A stretch of 64,000 bases of DNA, taken from assembly GCA_951406725.2 (NCBI GenBank), contig OX597817.1, positions 82,026,001 through 82,090,000 on the forward strand. Direction: 5' to 3'. This DNA is from Octopus vulgaris (Eukaryota). The notes beneath the pieces are model-generated. The model did no database searches. It had not been told where the DNA came from and worked only from the letters and a program-made list of their open reading frames with translations. Shown piece after piece: positions 44,264-59,650 of the stretch. Both the position numbers and the translations under genes were made by a program. Every line of letters begins with the position of its first letter. The first letter of the stretch is position 1.

Positions 44264-44887
44264 TTCTATATATATGTATATATATATATATATTGAACAC
44301 AATGAGAAACGAAAACTTAAAAGCAAAAACATATAAAACGAACTTTTTTTCAAACAACGAAAAAAACAAAGAAACGATACATGCAGCATATAAAATATTC
44401 CCCTTCATCAGTTATCCCTGCTTCATCTACTCCGCGTTCCAAACAGTCCTTCCCACAAAGCAAAGTAAATGAAATTTGGGACTTTTTGCTGAGGGTTCAC
44501 CGGGATTGCTACGATATAGCGCTTGGGGATGACTCCACTGTTAGCACTGGGTGCGATCTCGACGAGCAAAGAAAAGGCATGCACCGAGTAAGTGCGTTCG
44601 ATAATGTTTACATCACTAGCGCTGCTTTTAATTCGTTATTGAAGACACACACACACACAAACACAAACTAAGGATATAATATCCAGACAGATACCGAAAT
44701 TCTCTATGTTGCCAAGATGGTACATTTTTGGGGGGAGGGGGGTAAACTTCCTTTAACCCGCATCCAATGTTACAGTTTATTACTTGGCTACTTAGAGGCT
44801 AAAGTACAATATTGATATTAAAGAGAATAAGAATTTGATCATGCAAATTTTATGTTTATTTCCTGTATGTTTATTCATAATACTTCT

Positions 44888-44974
44888 CCGACACGTGTTT
44901 CGATCGCATTAACTGCATGTTGTTGCATATTTATATGCAGTGATTTAAGCATTATTAGTACGATTTCTTCAGGG
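44888..44974 (-). ncRNA. Degenerate type-I hammerhead ribozyme motif
   Basis: Minus strand CC-CTGAAGA-AATCG...CGATC-GAAA-CACGTG-TC-GG. Palindromic ACACGTGT; stem I is only 2 bp. Confidence 0.55.
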
Positions 44975-45123
44975 TATATAAGTATGACATTATTCGAAGA
45001 GGAATCCTCCTCCGGTATTAGTTTGCGTTAGGCTTGGTAGTAGTAGTAGTAGTAGACCATTACATTCATCGATGAGTTGCTTTTCTCAACTCATTATCCT
45101 TATTATCAACATTATATATGCAC

Positions 45124-45341
45124 GAAGGCAGCAAGCTGGCAGAAATGTTAGCATTCCGGGCGAGATGCTTCACTGCATTTCGTCTGTCTTTACATTCTGA
45201 GTTCAAATTCCGCCGAGGTCGACCTTGCTTTTCATCCTCTCGGACGGTCGATAACTTAAGTACCAGTTGCGTACAGGGATCGATCAAATAGACTGGCTCC
45301 CTCCCACAAAACTTCGGGCCTTGTGCCTAGAGTAGAAAAGA

Positions 45342-45345
<4 letters not shown>
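45124..45345 (+). mobile_element. SINE family D (representative copy)
   Basis: GAGTTCAAATTCCGCCGAGGTCGAC...TTTCATCC...AAGTACCAG core; related copies near 780, 8780, 8960, 27715, 28460, 28685 and 29350(-). Confidence 0.7.
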
Positions 45346-45378
<33 letters not shown>

Positions 45379-45727
45379 GCATACGCATACTAATATCCGC
45401 ATTGCCACGTCGGTAGTATCTAATTGTTGCTACTTGATTTACCTCTACTAAAAAATGACAAGTCTTGACGTAGCTTTGGGGTAGTGATTAGAAAACTGCT
45501 GATTACAGTAGGTACGACGTTCGAAACCAACACGAGATTTTAGCACATTTTCTTCTCTCTCTCTCTCTTTCTCTATCTATCTATCTCTTTGAGTATGCAA
45601 TCGCACTCATACTGCACGCCTGCATATCTATACAATCTGACATTTTGTACAAATTAAGAAATAAATTTGCAAATATAATAAACTCCTTATGAGGAATGAA
45701 TGAAAAGAATAATATGATTCTACTCAC

Positions 45728-45835
45728 CAAAACACACTCCGCAATATTTTGGACAGAAATCACGTGACCAACGCTGGTAACCATCACATATTTTCATACC
45801 GAATGAGGCACATGAAGCAAGCTTATCTTTGCAGA
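45728..45835 (-). CDS. Exon: ShKT domain 1
   Basis: ttttacag / gtgagt, phase 1-1. VCKDKLASCASFGMKICDGYQRWSRDFCPKYCGVCF has 6 Cys with the W..CxxxCxxC ShKT pattern. Not called in frame by the ORF track. Confidence 0.9.
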
Positions 45836-46125
45836 CTGTAAAATGACATATGTGTGCATATTAATATTCATATATATTTATTATTGTTTTTAATAATAAT
45901 AAATAATACATAAATAATAAATAAATAATAATAAATAATAAAAAACAATGCGAAACGCATTGTGACCAGCGATGTGTAGCAACATATGATAGCCTGGTCG
46001 GTCACGGTGATCACGGTGATATATTTATTATAAGGGCACACATGTCGACTACCTGCTATTACCAACTATTTATATTTACCGCAGATAATAATAACAAAAA
46101 TATTATCTATATGAATATTCACTTC

Positions 46126-46185
<60 letters not shown>

Positions 46186-46186
46186 T

Positions 46187-46392
46187 AATGTGACCGCGTG
46201 TGTACCGTTGGCGATTTTTTTTCCTCTGTCTTCCCTTCTCTGGATCTTTCCTTTCCCTATGTTTCTGACGAAGAGTTCCGCTCGAGACGTAAAACCCTCC
46301 TTCTTCCCTTCCTTCCTGAGCATCCAATAATACTATATTTGTTCCACGTCCTCGCGTTGTTGTGTTTTCTCTTTGTGTTTTCATGTTTGGAT

Positions 46393-46397
<5 letters not shown>
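46187..46397 (+). mobile_element. About 210-bp non-coding hammerhead-bearing element, second copy
   Basis: AATGTGACCGCGTG...GGATTAACT embedded between two (TA)n tracts. Confidence 0.7.
46261..46295 (+). ncRNA. Second copy of the minimal hammerhead motif, core mutated (GAAA to GAGA)
   Basis: GTTT-CTGACGA-A-GAGT(TCC)GCTC-GAGA-CG-TA-AAAC, in a paralogue of the 47658-47867 element. Confidence 0.6.
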
Positions 46398-46446
<49 letters not shown>

Positions 46447-46690
46447 GACATACATATATGATGACGTATGTATGTATAAGTTAGGATTAAACATCGAATA
46501 TTAAATATAAGGGAAGTTCAAACATTTTTAAATTCCTCTAAACTAAGTTTTGGCTTTGTGATTATTGAGTCAATATTCTAACTATAATCACAATTGACTT
46601 CGTTTTATAGTTCCTTTGCAGAAGAAAAAAAATCATATTTTATTTGTGACTGAGGATGTGTAATTGTTGCTTTTCGTAAACATTGTAAGG

Positions 46691-46885
46691 CAGTGGTTCC
46701 CAATCTTGTGTCTGCGGACCCCTGGTGGTCTGCAAGGGTAGTACGGGGGCGGGGTCCGTGAACTAAATTCAAAATTCCATATATATAAGAATAGGTACAT
46801 TAAAAGTGGTCCATGGGAAATGTATTTAAGTAAAAGGGTTGCGAAGTTCTGCGGGGAACCACTGTGAAAAGGTTAGGAACTACTG
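46691..46885. mobile_element. hAT-type MITE
   Basis: TIRs CAGTGGTTCCCAA / TTAGGAACTACTG; 8-bp TSD TTGTAAGG / GTGTAAGG. Confidence 0.8.
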
Positions 46886-47336
46886 GTGTAAGGGATGGAA
46901 ATTTTCTTGCAACAAGTGTAGAAGGTTTTGCTACTTTTACACTTTATTCTTCTGTAAGAATTCGCTACATCTTAATAACAGATATATAGAAGTGGATAAC
47001 ATTGTGTGATCGTTGCAAGGTAATTAAAGCTAACTTGCAATAGCGGCCTCCTAGAAACTTACTTCTTATTCTTCACTACTCACAACTTTTTGTATAAATC
47101 CCACTAGCAAACTGCTCTCTATTCACATATGTCTTCTAAAACTTTAGCACGCACAATATTATAAGGTTAATAGAGTCAATTAAGCGGAAAGCTGATAGAA
47201 GCGATTTCATATAAATATAATAAATGGTTGAGTTTATAAAAGAGACATTTAGAAGTCATTTATAACACGTATTAAACGAGAAGTGCTATTTCTAAAAGTT
47301 CGGTGTGTGGTAAAGTAAATTTATATATATAATTAT

Positions 47337-47632
47337 GGAGGCGCAATGGCCTAGTGGTTAGGGCAGCGGACTCGCGGTTTCGATTCCCAGACCGGGTGTT
47401 GTGAGTGTTTATTGAGCGAAAACACCTAAAGCTCCACGAGGCTCCGGCAGGGGGGGGGCGATCCCTGCTGTACTCTTTCGCCACAACTTTCTCTCACTCT
47501 TTCTTCTGTTGGCCTGCTCGCTAAGCCAACGGGGTGGCATCATTTGAAGGCTAAAACAATGCGAAGCGCATTGTGACCAGCGATGTGTAACAACATCTGA
47601 TGGCCTGGTCGGTCACGGTGATCACGGTGATA
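47337..47632 (+). mobile_element. tRNA-derived SINE family B
   Basis: TGGAGGCGCAATGGCCTAGTGG...TTCGATTCC head and CACGGTGATCACGGTGATA tail; copies at 36536-36822 and a 3' piece at 45945-46022. Confidence 0.85.
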
Positions 47633-47657
47633 TATAAAATTATATATATATATTCAA

Positions 47658-48718
<1,061 letters not shown>

Positions 48719-48789
48719 GGTAATATCGATGACCCATAAATAATTGGTCTTAAAGGAGATACTAAATGATATTGTCAACTAAATATTTA

Positions 48790-49430
48790 CCGTGGAAGTA
48801 TTAGGGGTTATATATTGTTGTAGGTACATGTAGCAAGATATGCCAAACTACGGATACTGGAACTGTTATACTTGGAAAAGAGTGGAATAGAGTTGATGGA
48901 TTACGAAAAGTTACGACTACAATAAACACATACTCAGATAGGATGGCTGAAATCTCGTGCACAGCAAGAGTAGGATAGAAGGCATTCGCTCAAAGCAGGG
49001 CCGGAAAAGAAATTATGAGCCAGTCTCTTCAATAACTCTGTTCTATCTGCATACTTATATGCAAATGAAACATGGGTTATGGGAAAGAAGTACAGTGACC
49101 GGCTATGACATAAAGAATCGCGGAAAGATCCTTGCTAGGTTGTTAGAGCGAAAGCATAACTGAAACGAATACGAGAGTGGGAATGGAGTGAACAATTTGA
49201 TTGCAGAATATTCAAAGCACAAGTTTCGTTGCACCGGACATGTTTCATTGTAACACCAAACAGGTGAATAGGGGCAGTTGCCGAGTAGTAGCTAAATGGT
49301 CGAAAGACATCACTAGAATGACTTCCCAGTTGCCCGAAAAAACGACATAGTCAATCAATTCGGGCCCGAGTGTGGAAGAAAAATAGTGAATTAAAAGAAG
49401 AATGGAAGTACATTGTGACTAGCGAGATAG
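48790..49430 (+). mobile_element. RTE-like LINE 3' fragment
   Basis: Decayed ERIRSGNGV...KHKFRCTGHV...NR*..AVAE* resembles the RTE C-terminal KWRWAGHV..NRW..V.EW motif. Confidence 0.5.
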
Positions 49431-51053
49431 TCTGGTCGAAAAGAAACGTACTTATAGAATAGAAAAAGCCACTAGAATGAAAGTGTAGTACTGTAACATA
49501 AATACTGTAGAATTATTGAAGGCAGGTCTATTATTTGAGTGATGATATTGAAACTATTTTTTTTACAGAGGAATAACAGTAAAACGTCCCGTTGAATTGA
49601 CAGAGTCGTTTGCGCACCCAATAGAAGCTTTGAGGTATATTTTTTCGGATATTTTGGATTTGATAAACACATCTAAGGTGGTGGGTCGTCAGGATATCAG
49701 AGTGTCTGATGATATCCCTTGCTGGTCTTATTTTGGTTCTGTGCTTTCAGAGTGCAAACCTGGCTTCTAATCACGGAAAAAAAGAAAATTCGGACCCTCA
49801 AGAACAAACCAAAACAGTGGTAGGCTTAAGATGTCCTTCACTTCGTGTCCAAGTATATCTGCTGACCAATTTGAGAGCCAGTATACCAATTGGCAGGAGA
49901 AAACACCAGTGGTATATTGCAATGAAATAAGAAATTTTAATTAATTAAAAATACACCTGTGAGAAGAAAATATATAATTATTGTCATAATTAATTCTAGT
50001 TAAAAATTAGATAGTTGAGCAATTAAAATTTATTTGAATTCATTTAAAAATAGATTGCGATGGAGAGTAAGGCAGATATTTTGCAGTAAGAAGACAACTT
50101 CAGAGATATTTCGGTTTGGTTAATCCTCATCAACGAAGCATAATCTACCCACTAAAGCCAGAACATACAATAAGTACATATGTATATATTATTTGATAAG
50201 TTTTCAACAAGCAGAATAGCACCCGATCGGCTAAGAACGTAAAGATAATGTTATAATAAAAAAACACAAATCTTGTTAAATACAGGTACCCAGGGTCTCC
50301 TGTTCGAAACACTAATTTATTTCACCGTTTTTGAAGCTGGTTATCTCCATTGTGTTTTTCGTTTTTTATTCTTCCTCATCAGCGCCCCTAATTTAATCGT
50401 CATCTGCTTGAAAAAGCAACTGGTTAATGGTGTTGTTCTCAGCTTGAAAAATGGCGAAGTAAATTAATGTTGCGACCAGGAAACCTAGAGTATTTGTATT
50501 TACCAAAACTTGTGGTTTTTATTATAACATTACACATACACACACACATATACACACACGGCTTTAGTCAATCAAACACCAAATGGTTTGATAACTCAAA
50601 AGAATGACTGAGGAAGATATTCGCGAATACCTGCTATTTGAAACATAAACAGTGATACAATGTTATTACATCTTCCCAAAAGACAGTTGTAATCAAATAC
50701 TAGTTTCAACTTCTTTTTGTTACAAGGAATAAGAAGAGAAGATTTTTTTCTTTTTCGTTTTCCAAACGGAAAAGAAAGCTAGAAATCAGTAACGAAGTCA
50801 TTTTTAGCTCACGACATTTTGCTTTAATAAGTATAGAAATGAACAATCGGGATACATTTGCTAAGATTCACTACAACGCTTTCTTTGAGATGGAAAAGGC
50901 ATTCTGTGTATGCATATATGCTTATACACAGACACATACATGTTGGACAGCTTCAAACTTTTCTTAATTACAGTTATTAATGTGTCACAACAGGATTTAT
51001 GTTTGATGCGATATGATGCATGCAATCATTGTATGATGCAATATGGACGATGC

Positions 51054-51119
<66 letters not shown>

Positions 51120-51135
51120 CATCATCATCATCATC

Positions 51136-51210
<75 letters not shown>

Positions 51211-51591
51211 GTTATTGTTGCTGTTATTCTTGTATTTGTCATTACAATATATTGACATTTCCATTTGCGAATACTACATAGTAGAAAGAAAAACACGAGG
51301 AAAATTAATTACTTTTCTATATCGGTATTATTCTTAGACATAACTCCTAGTTACCGTTTCCTGGATTTCTGATTGCAAATTGCAAGGATTCTTAGAAAAT
51401 ACTAAATGAGATGTATTGTTTTTACGAATGATTGTTTATTTAGTTTTAGAACTGAAACCTTCACGAGAGTTCTATATCATTTAATCAATATAACCTTATA
51501 CTTCGTCGACTAAAGTCTTGTTGAATATTTGTTTGCCAACGCAATAAAAAAACACAGAATAAATAAATAAATACTAACAGTTTTAACTTAC

Positions 51592-51618
51592 CAAATGGTT
51601 TGCTGTCAATTGGGATTT
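51592..51618 (-). CDS. Microexon (27 nt), linker EIPIDSKPF
   Basis: Pyrimidine tract plus ccaag acceptor and gtaagt donor; phase 1-1. Confidence 0.75.
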
Positions 51619-53237
51619 CTTGGAAAGAGAAAAAGAAAGGAAGTTTATTATATGTGAACGGTATTAGCATATACATGACAAAATGGAGGATGGCGTAATT
51701 TTTTTCTGTTAACTACTATAAGGAGTAAATGGCAAAATATATAAAAAAAACAAACTAACGATAAGTGGTAAATTGTACAATAGGAAATAAATAAAAGGAG
51801 CAAATGAACAAAAATATTTGCAAAAATTAAAAAAAATATGTTAGAGAAATTAGTATTTTAAATTGCAAGCTGTCTGATACTGGAGAAAAAGGGTAGCGAG
51901 GTTGCAAGAATTATTGCTTTAGATATAGTCTTTGAACGTTTTGAGTTTATAATACACCCAACTTTGACATTGTTTAATTGTCCTTTGAGCTTTGAAGGTT
52001 AATAAAATGTGCTAGTATAATACTGGAATATATTCAGTCAGTTGTGTTCATTTACGCAAAATACTAAACTTGTATAGGTCAAAAGAAATTGACTTGATAT
52101 TTAAGAAAAATAGGTGATATTGATTTCTTTTGCCGAAATCTAAATACGAATATTTACAAAGAAATATAACTAAGAAATTGTAGCATGCATTCTGTCTATT
52201 TTTGCAAGAAATTAACATGCGTTATGGTTAGAATTTCTCCGATCCTAGTATTGTTCATTGGTTAGACGTTTAACCGTAGCTGGCTAAACGTCACCTGCTG
52301 TGAACAGGCGTACTAGGTAGGAACATAGAATAATTAATGATTACTTTTGCTCGTTTAAATTTGTAAAGTTAAAGTTCACACCTGTGGACTAAATGCTGGC
52401 GAAAAATTTGCTCGTATTTAAACTGCACTACATGGCTGGCACATCACTGTTCATCCTGCATTGGATACAGTCATTCACACACATGCATCCACTACAACAT
52501 AAACTTATTCTATCCCTTGAGATTTGATGACTCCAAAACTTTTATAATGGTTGGATGATGATGATGAAGAGTTATTTTGGTGCAGTAATTAGAACTAACT
52601 TTGCACGCAAAAACAATTTCTGCGAAAAAAAATAATTGAAAAGAAGAGAAAATAGAAACCGTGTGATGCTAAATCCCATTATCTATTGGATCAAAGCTGC
52701 ACCACAACACTGGATACGAACTGCTATATTTTCTGCTTCTTATCACTTTACTGTCTTGAAAATATCCGGTTTCCTTACCAAAACATTGCGACCGCCAACT
52801 GATGATAATGACATGGCTAAATCTGACATTATATCACAAAATATCGTTAAGAAGTACTTAAGAAGCTTTATTATATCATGGTTATTTTAATATGGTCACT
52901 GTAGAAGATGTTAAATAGGCCCTCGGTTTGAAAGCTTTTGAAATGATATAGTTCTGGAACCATAAAATAATTAAAGTTAGTATTGCAAACTCATAAAAAG
53001 TTAGTTAATGATAAAATGCTTCCACTGTAGTCAGAGGAAGTATTATACAGTCATAGTACGTAAATTATAGTCTACTGAATTAAACGAGTGTGAGGTGTCT
53101 TGGCGTCTCACACATATAGGCGAACTGTATTTTTAATGTTTCTTTATATTTCAATAAAATATTCTCTTCATTGGTGTAGCAGGGGAACAACGTTATCAAG
53201 CAAGTTAATTGTTTCAAATAAAATATTGTATGCCTAC

Positions 53238-53524
53238 CTTTACAGGTTGTCTTCACTAAACCGTCCACTATTTTATTTAAATTCTTGAAATCTTTCGTAC
53301 TGAAGACAAGATTAGGATTTGATGCAATATCCTTTAGTTCTCTTTGGTTTACGGCTCCCCCAATTCCAATAGCAAACATCGTGATGTTCTCCTTTTTGGC
53401 AGCATCTGCTTCTACTTTTGTGTTCAAACCTATATTGGACATACCATCGGTGATAACGATGGCAATCTTTGGTACACCTTTTCGGAAGCCACTAGCTCGT
53501 GTGAACATGTGGTAATGCATGAAA
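53238..53524 (-). CDS. Exon: C-terminal half of the second vWA domain
   Basis: cgctag acceptor and gtaggc donor, phase 2-1. FMHYHMF...PKIAIVITDGMSN...MFAIGIG...TTCK. Confidence 0.93.
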
Positions 53525-53935
53525 CTAGCGATGAAAAAGTAGAGAGAAGAGGTAAATAAATGTAAAACTGAATTTATATAGAGAAACAGTTTTCAGAAAC
53601 AACACTCAGAAGGGTATGTAAAACGGCAACTGTATGGGAACAAGAAAATTTTATTGATATTTAGTAGAGAAAAATTTAATTGTAGTATGAAATAATATGT
53701 AAAGATGGGTTGAGGTATTGAAGAAAAAATAAATAGCATGCGAGCATGTATCACAGAATAAAAAAATAATTGCTTGTAAAGTATTAAAATACTATGATAC
53801 ATTATAAAGGAAAGAAAAAACCCCCAAAAAAACCATGTTATAAGAATACTATCAATCATAACATGGGTAACACTCAAGCCTGTATTTTTAGTAAAAACAA
53901 ATCTATGTATAGTTTACACAAATCATACGTCTGTA

Positions 53936-55037
53936 CGAGGGTGGGCTGACTATGAAGGAGTGATGCTAGAGCTGTGAAATATTGAATGAATTAATTTAAA
54001 CTCTTCTTATTAGTAACTACATCGTTTTGATCCAGGTAAACTGACAACATGGTTGCTACATTAGGGAATCAACTGTGCGAAAGTGGGCAGCAGAATTTAA
54101 GAAGGTAAGGAGGTAGAATCCTGAAGATAACCCAAGGTCTGGACGTACTGTAACTGCCACCACCGAGCATTGATTGTATTCACCACACGCTGACGGATAA
54201 AGGGCAATTGACTATAATTAAATAGCCAATGCTTTTAGTATATCCTGCGAGAGAGTTGAGAATATTATGTACAATGAATTTGGCTTGACCAAGGTTTCTG
54301 CTTGGTGGGTGCCACATCTTCTGACATCTGGTCAAAGACGCACCAGGCTGATCATATAATGGGAAAGTCTGACATTGTTTGAGGCAAATCCAGCTGGTTT
54401 CTTTGAAAGTTTGCTAATCCGGGATGGGTGCTGGCTTCACTTCGAGCTAGAGACAAAGAGACAATCCAAAAAGTAGAAGCCCCATCCTCACTGATCCAAA
54501 GAAGACCAGGCTCGTTTCATCTATAGGAAGTGTGATGGGCACAGGTTTTACGATTCAAAAGGCAGTGTGTCTATCTTCAAAAGGACCACACCATCAATGG
54601 AAAGTATTATGTCAACGATAGGCTATCAAGACCAAATGCCCAGAAAAACTGGCGAAAGGGGTCTTGTTTAATCGGGACAATGCTCCATCAAACAAATCTT
54701 TGCTTTTAGTGGTTGCTAAGCATGACCGGGGCTTTGATCTAGTTGATCTCCGCCCCAATTCTATTGGTTTCGCCCTATCTGATTATCATTTATTCCCCAG
54801 CATCGAAAAAAAATTGGCTGGGAACCAGTTTCGCAGGTATGATGACGTCATATCTGCTGTTGATGACTTGTTTTGAACCACGAGATGAAAGCTTCTTCGC
54901 CCGTGGAATCCAGGTACTTCGACACTGGTAGAAGAAGTGTGTGCATCACAAGGGGGACTTTATCGAAAAATAAAACCCATTTGTCACATCGTATAAGAAT
55001 ATTTTGGTCAGCCAATGGCTTTTTCAGCCGACCCTCG
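53936..55037 (+). mobile_element. Degenerate mariner transposon, second family
   Basis: TIRs TA|CGAGGGTGGGCTGA and TCAGCCGACCCTCG|TA; WVPHLLT, DNAPS and ALSDYHLFP motifs. Confidence 0.9.
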
Positions 55038-55224
55038 TATATTACGTTACACTCCCTTCGCATACATTCACTCACATACACACATACACCTTCACGCACA
55101 TATGTACACCTGTATGTATTACTTATGTATGATTACACACACACACACACACACACACAGACAGACATATATATTTACAAATATGCGTGTAACTTTAAAG
55201 AAATATACATACACACATCTATCA

Positions 55225-55309
<85 letters not shown>

Positions 55310-55461
55310 CTATCTATCTATCTATTTATCTGTCTGTCTGTCTGTCTGTCTGTCCGTATGTATGTCTGTCTGACTGTCTGTCTGTCTGTCTGTCTATCTA
55401 TCTGTCATCTATGTATGTATGTATCAAACTTTCTATGTATGTATGTATGTATGTATGTATG

Positions 55462-55520
<59 letters not shown>

Positions 55521-56310
55521 ATACGAATGTATAACTGGCAATCTGTCGCTTACGACAAAGCGGATTCCAGTTGATCCGATTAATAGAACAGCCTGCTCGT
55601 GACCTTAACGTGCAAGTGGCTGAGCACACCTCAGTCACGATTACCCTTAACATAGTTCTCAGGGAGATTCAGCGTGACACAGAATGGGACAATGCTGGCC
55701 CTTTGAAATACGGGTACTACTCATTTTTGCCAGCTGAGTGAACTGGAGCAACGTGAAATAAATTGTCTTGCTCAAGGTCACAACAAGCCGCCAGAAATCG
55801 AACTCTCGACATTACCATCGTGAGCCGAATACCTTAACCACTCAGCTACGCGCATTCAATATGCAAATACATACATACAAATGTGTGTCTGTGTGTGTGT
55901 TATGTTTGAAATCTGTCTGCATGAATTTTATTTGAATGGATAATGTGTTGCACAGGACAGAGCCCATTTCCAGCGGAATCAGCTATGAAACCGGTAGCAC
56001 AACAGGGACGATCAGGAACCAATTTGCACTTCATATTTTTTCTTGTAGGAGCCTACCATTTAGAATGAAGTTCTAACGAGAACTAGGGTTGCTTCACTGT
56101 TAGTAGTTCACATACCATTTCACCCTTAAGGAGAACCCTAACCAATGATATTACTCAAGGTCAGAGTAGACCTAGGAACAATAATGGTTATGAGGTGGTT
56201 CCACATCCCTCATTAGTCTGGAACTCATGTACCAGAGCCCTACTATCGGATGCAGTTAAAGTCATACTAAGGACATAATACATACATACATACATAATAC
56301 ATACATACAT

Positions 56311-57498
56311 CAACTGGAAATCCCTACAGGAATAGTGATATCAACGGGCTCTACCTGAGAAGAGACAATAAAGGAAGTAGAGACTTGATATCAGTGAAGA
56401 AAGTCTGCGATTGTCGCATAGTCTCTCTTAGAGAACATTTGTTAAACAACAGCAGCAAAGATAAATATATCAACTTCGTACTGAAATGTGAAGAAAACAA
56501 TATCCTACGTTTCTATAAGTCGGTAGTGAATTCCTCAGGAAGCACTCTCTCCCTACTGACCTCACATACAACCTCAAAACAGTCGAACTAACATACCTCA
56601 AAGACCAGTATACCCCCCAAAAAAACAAAACAAAAAACAACCAAAAAATAAAGACCATGCGTAGTCCCGAAGAAATATTGACATGAAGTGAAGCCTCCTT
56701 TGGACTCGTGACCTCTACATCATATCACATTTCAGAGGCTACGCATTTGCAATACAACAACAGGAGTCTGCTACTAAATACCTAATAAACAGAAGAAACA
56801 ATGCAACCCATAGAGTTCTAAGGTGCACCGAAAATATCATATTTCTGTGAAAGATTTCACATATGTGATTAGCCGCTGCACCAAAAATGTTATCAAGATA
56901 ATACAACCCTATGCGACATAACGTTGTCACGAAAACAATATACAATACTATCGGTAAAAGACTGTTCTGGAATAAATATAGAGAATCCCCTTGTTATTGA
57001 ATTAACACACAAACACCCACACAAAGAATACTGGTGGAACATTCCTGCCAAATCCTCTGTCAAGTGTAAGCATAACAGGCCGGATGTTATTGTCTGGGAG
57101 TTATGTACAATCATGGAGGTCAGCTGTTCTGCTGATGTGAATATCTTTTTGAGAATCAAAGAGAAAGAGGATAATTATGAACAACTGTTTCGAGACCTTT
57201 ATCTTCTGCATCCAGGTTACAAATTTACATTTTTAGCAATAATAATTGGTGCACTTGATTTTGTGCGGAAATGTCGCGCTGACCGTTTAGATTTGCCTTG
57301 GATTTCTAAAAATCCAACAAACTCGCACATTACAAATACAATCTGTAAGGGGAACAGTAAGAATATGCAAGACTTTTCTCAAGTTTAAAATGTGACATTG
57401 TCTTCCTTATCTACATTCCGACGATAGATCTTTGTATCTTTGTTAGAAACCAGCTCCTTCGTCAAAGGAAGTGTTTAGATTATTAAAAACAGACGAGA
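56311..57498 (+). mobile_element. R4-like RLE 3' fragment abutting an exon donor
   Basis: EYWWNIPAK..CKHNRPDVIVW..EVSCSAD...IIIGALD; 3' UTR similar to the 39480 and 19330 copies. Confidence 0.85.
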
Positions 57499-57508
57499 AC
57501 ATACTCAC

Positions 57509-57779
57509 CTGATAGCAGATCCAGTTGCGGTATTACCCGGAGTGTAGTGAATATTCTGAATAGCATTTTGTAAACTCTTCTTGTTGTTGTGTTTGTTTAG
57601 ATTGAATTCCAAATAATTTCGGCTGTTGAAACGCAAAACTCCAACCTGAATATTATTCGGTCCAATTTCCATTTGGTCGACTATATCATTCAAAAAGGTT
57701 AGCATCATGTGGAAATTATGATTGCCAACACTTCCAGATGAATCCAGAACAAAAGCGATGTCGGCTGCCGAAGTACAGG
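57509..57779 (-). CDS. Exon: N-terminal half of the second vWA domain, with MIDAS DxSxS
   Basis: acacag acceptor and gtgagt donor, phase 1-2. TCTSAADIAFVLDSSGSVGNHNF...VGVLRFNS...GNTATGSAI. Confidence 0.93.
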
Positions 57780-57809
57780 CTGTGTAACAACGAGAGTGAG
57801 AGTGAGTGT

Positions 57810-57854
<45 letters not shown>

Positions 57855-57903
57855 TGTGGTGTGAGTGAAAGAGAGAGAGAGAGAGAGAAAGAGAGAGATA
57901 GAA

Positions 57904-57936
<33 letters not shown>

Positions 57937-58334
57937 TAGAAAGAGAGAGAGAATAGAGTTCTAATTTACGACACCCTCCACCAACCCTCTTGGAATACAA
58001 ACACTTAATTTAGAGTTAAAATAATTCTGTCTACCTATTTGTCTATCTGTCTCTCTGTCTGTCATCTATCTAGCTAGTTTACTAATTTTGGGGTTTTCGG
58101 GTATACTGTCTGTGTACAAGAATAAGTCTCTGTATCAACGTATGTTGTTAAAATAACAATGGTATTAACATACGCATAAACATTAATAGAAATTTTCTTG
58201 AAATTTTATGTTCCAAGATCTGAAAGTCACAGAGGTTTAAATGAAACAGCAAAGACAATACCAAACTTCTGATCTTGGGCAGTAAAACATTCCAGTTAAA
58301 AGAAGTATATAATATATATAATATATAATATATA

Positions 58335-58410
<76 letters not shown>

Positions 58411-59128
58411 GTTAACCAAACGATAGTTCACATAACTTGTTTTATACTAATCCTTTAACATATAACTTCCTCCAAAATATTGAATCGATGTTGGAGTCTC
58501 TTCTTATTCTCCTTAAAAATCTCTTTAAGAAGAAATAGCGCCTCGAAGTTTATGGTTTTGTAAGACTAGAGAAAAAAGCGAAGAAGAGTGACATCAATAA
58601 GTAATCGAGAAACGTGAATGTTATATTAATTCATATCACGGATAGCTTATATGCAATACGAATCATCATATATGCAATATGAATCATCTACTTTTCATCA
58701 AAATCCCAGTTTTCTTATATTTGATTTTGTATTATTAAATAGACGATCGCAGATAGGTTATACGTATTTAATGGGAATTATCTGTCTTCTATGTCCGTTT
58801 ACTAAAGTGTTAAGATGAAATGAATATCCTTAGGTAGAAGATGGTGGTCTATGAAAGGAAGTTTTACGGCGGCTAGAATTCAAACCGGTACTGTTACTTG
58901 GTGAACAAACTTAACAGCATGTGAGGCCAGTCGCTGATGATCAATATAGCAATAAGTTACACCGAGCACGATACTTCCTCAAAAACAAGACACGATTCAG
59001 TGGAAAAAATACAGTCTCCCAAAACTTACAAAAACTTTCAACTAATAACCGGTTCAGATTTGAAATTTCCAGCCACGCGATACAGTGCTAACGAAACCTA
59101 AGAGACGATGTTACACCACTACTCATCC

Positions 59129-59175
<47 letters not shown>

Positions 59176-59598
59176 TGTGTATATGCATGGATATATATAC
59201 ATATATATATATATTTACACACATAAATAAATAAATATATATATAACGATATATGTATTTATATGTAAAAGTAAAAAATATACAAACTGGGACAAGAACG
59301 TGAAACATTTAGAAGACGACACAAAAAACACGGACGGGACATTCGAAGCCCTCAATCATCAGTCGAGAACCGCAATTTCGGCTGATTAATCTTGAGATTG
59401 CTCAGATCTGGGCAGCCCCCAAGCGAAATCTAAGCCAAGCGCATTAGATTGCTTGGAAGAAAGCCTCGAATGTATACAACACAGGAACGGAAAAAGGACG
59501 ATGTTACACGAACAAAAATACAAAAATACGTAAAAACAATAATGATAGCACGAATGATAATACATAATATACGTAAAAACAATAGATATATATGTATG

Positions 59599-59650
<52 letters not shown>

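Noticed and set aside
52381-52492. AG...GT-bounded segment with Cys codons
   Set aside because: In-frame stop in the required phase.
53285-53515. Plus-strand ORFs overlapping the vWA exons (also 62095-62337)
   Set aside because: Antisense shadows of the real minus-strand exons.
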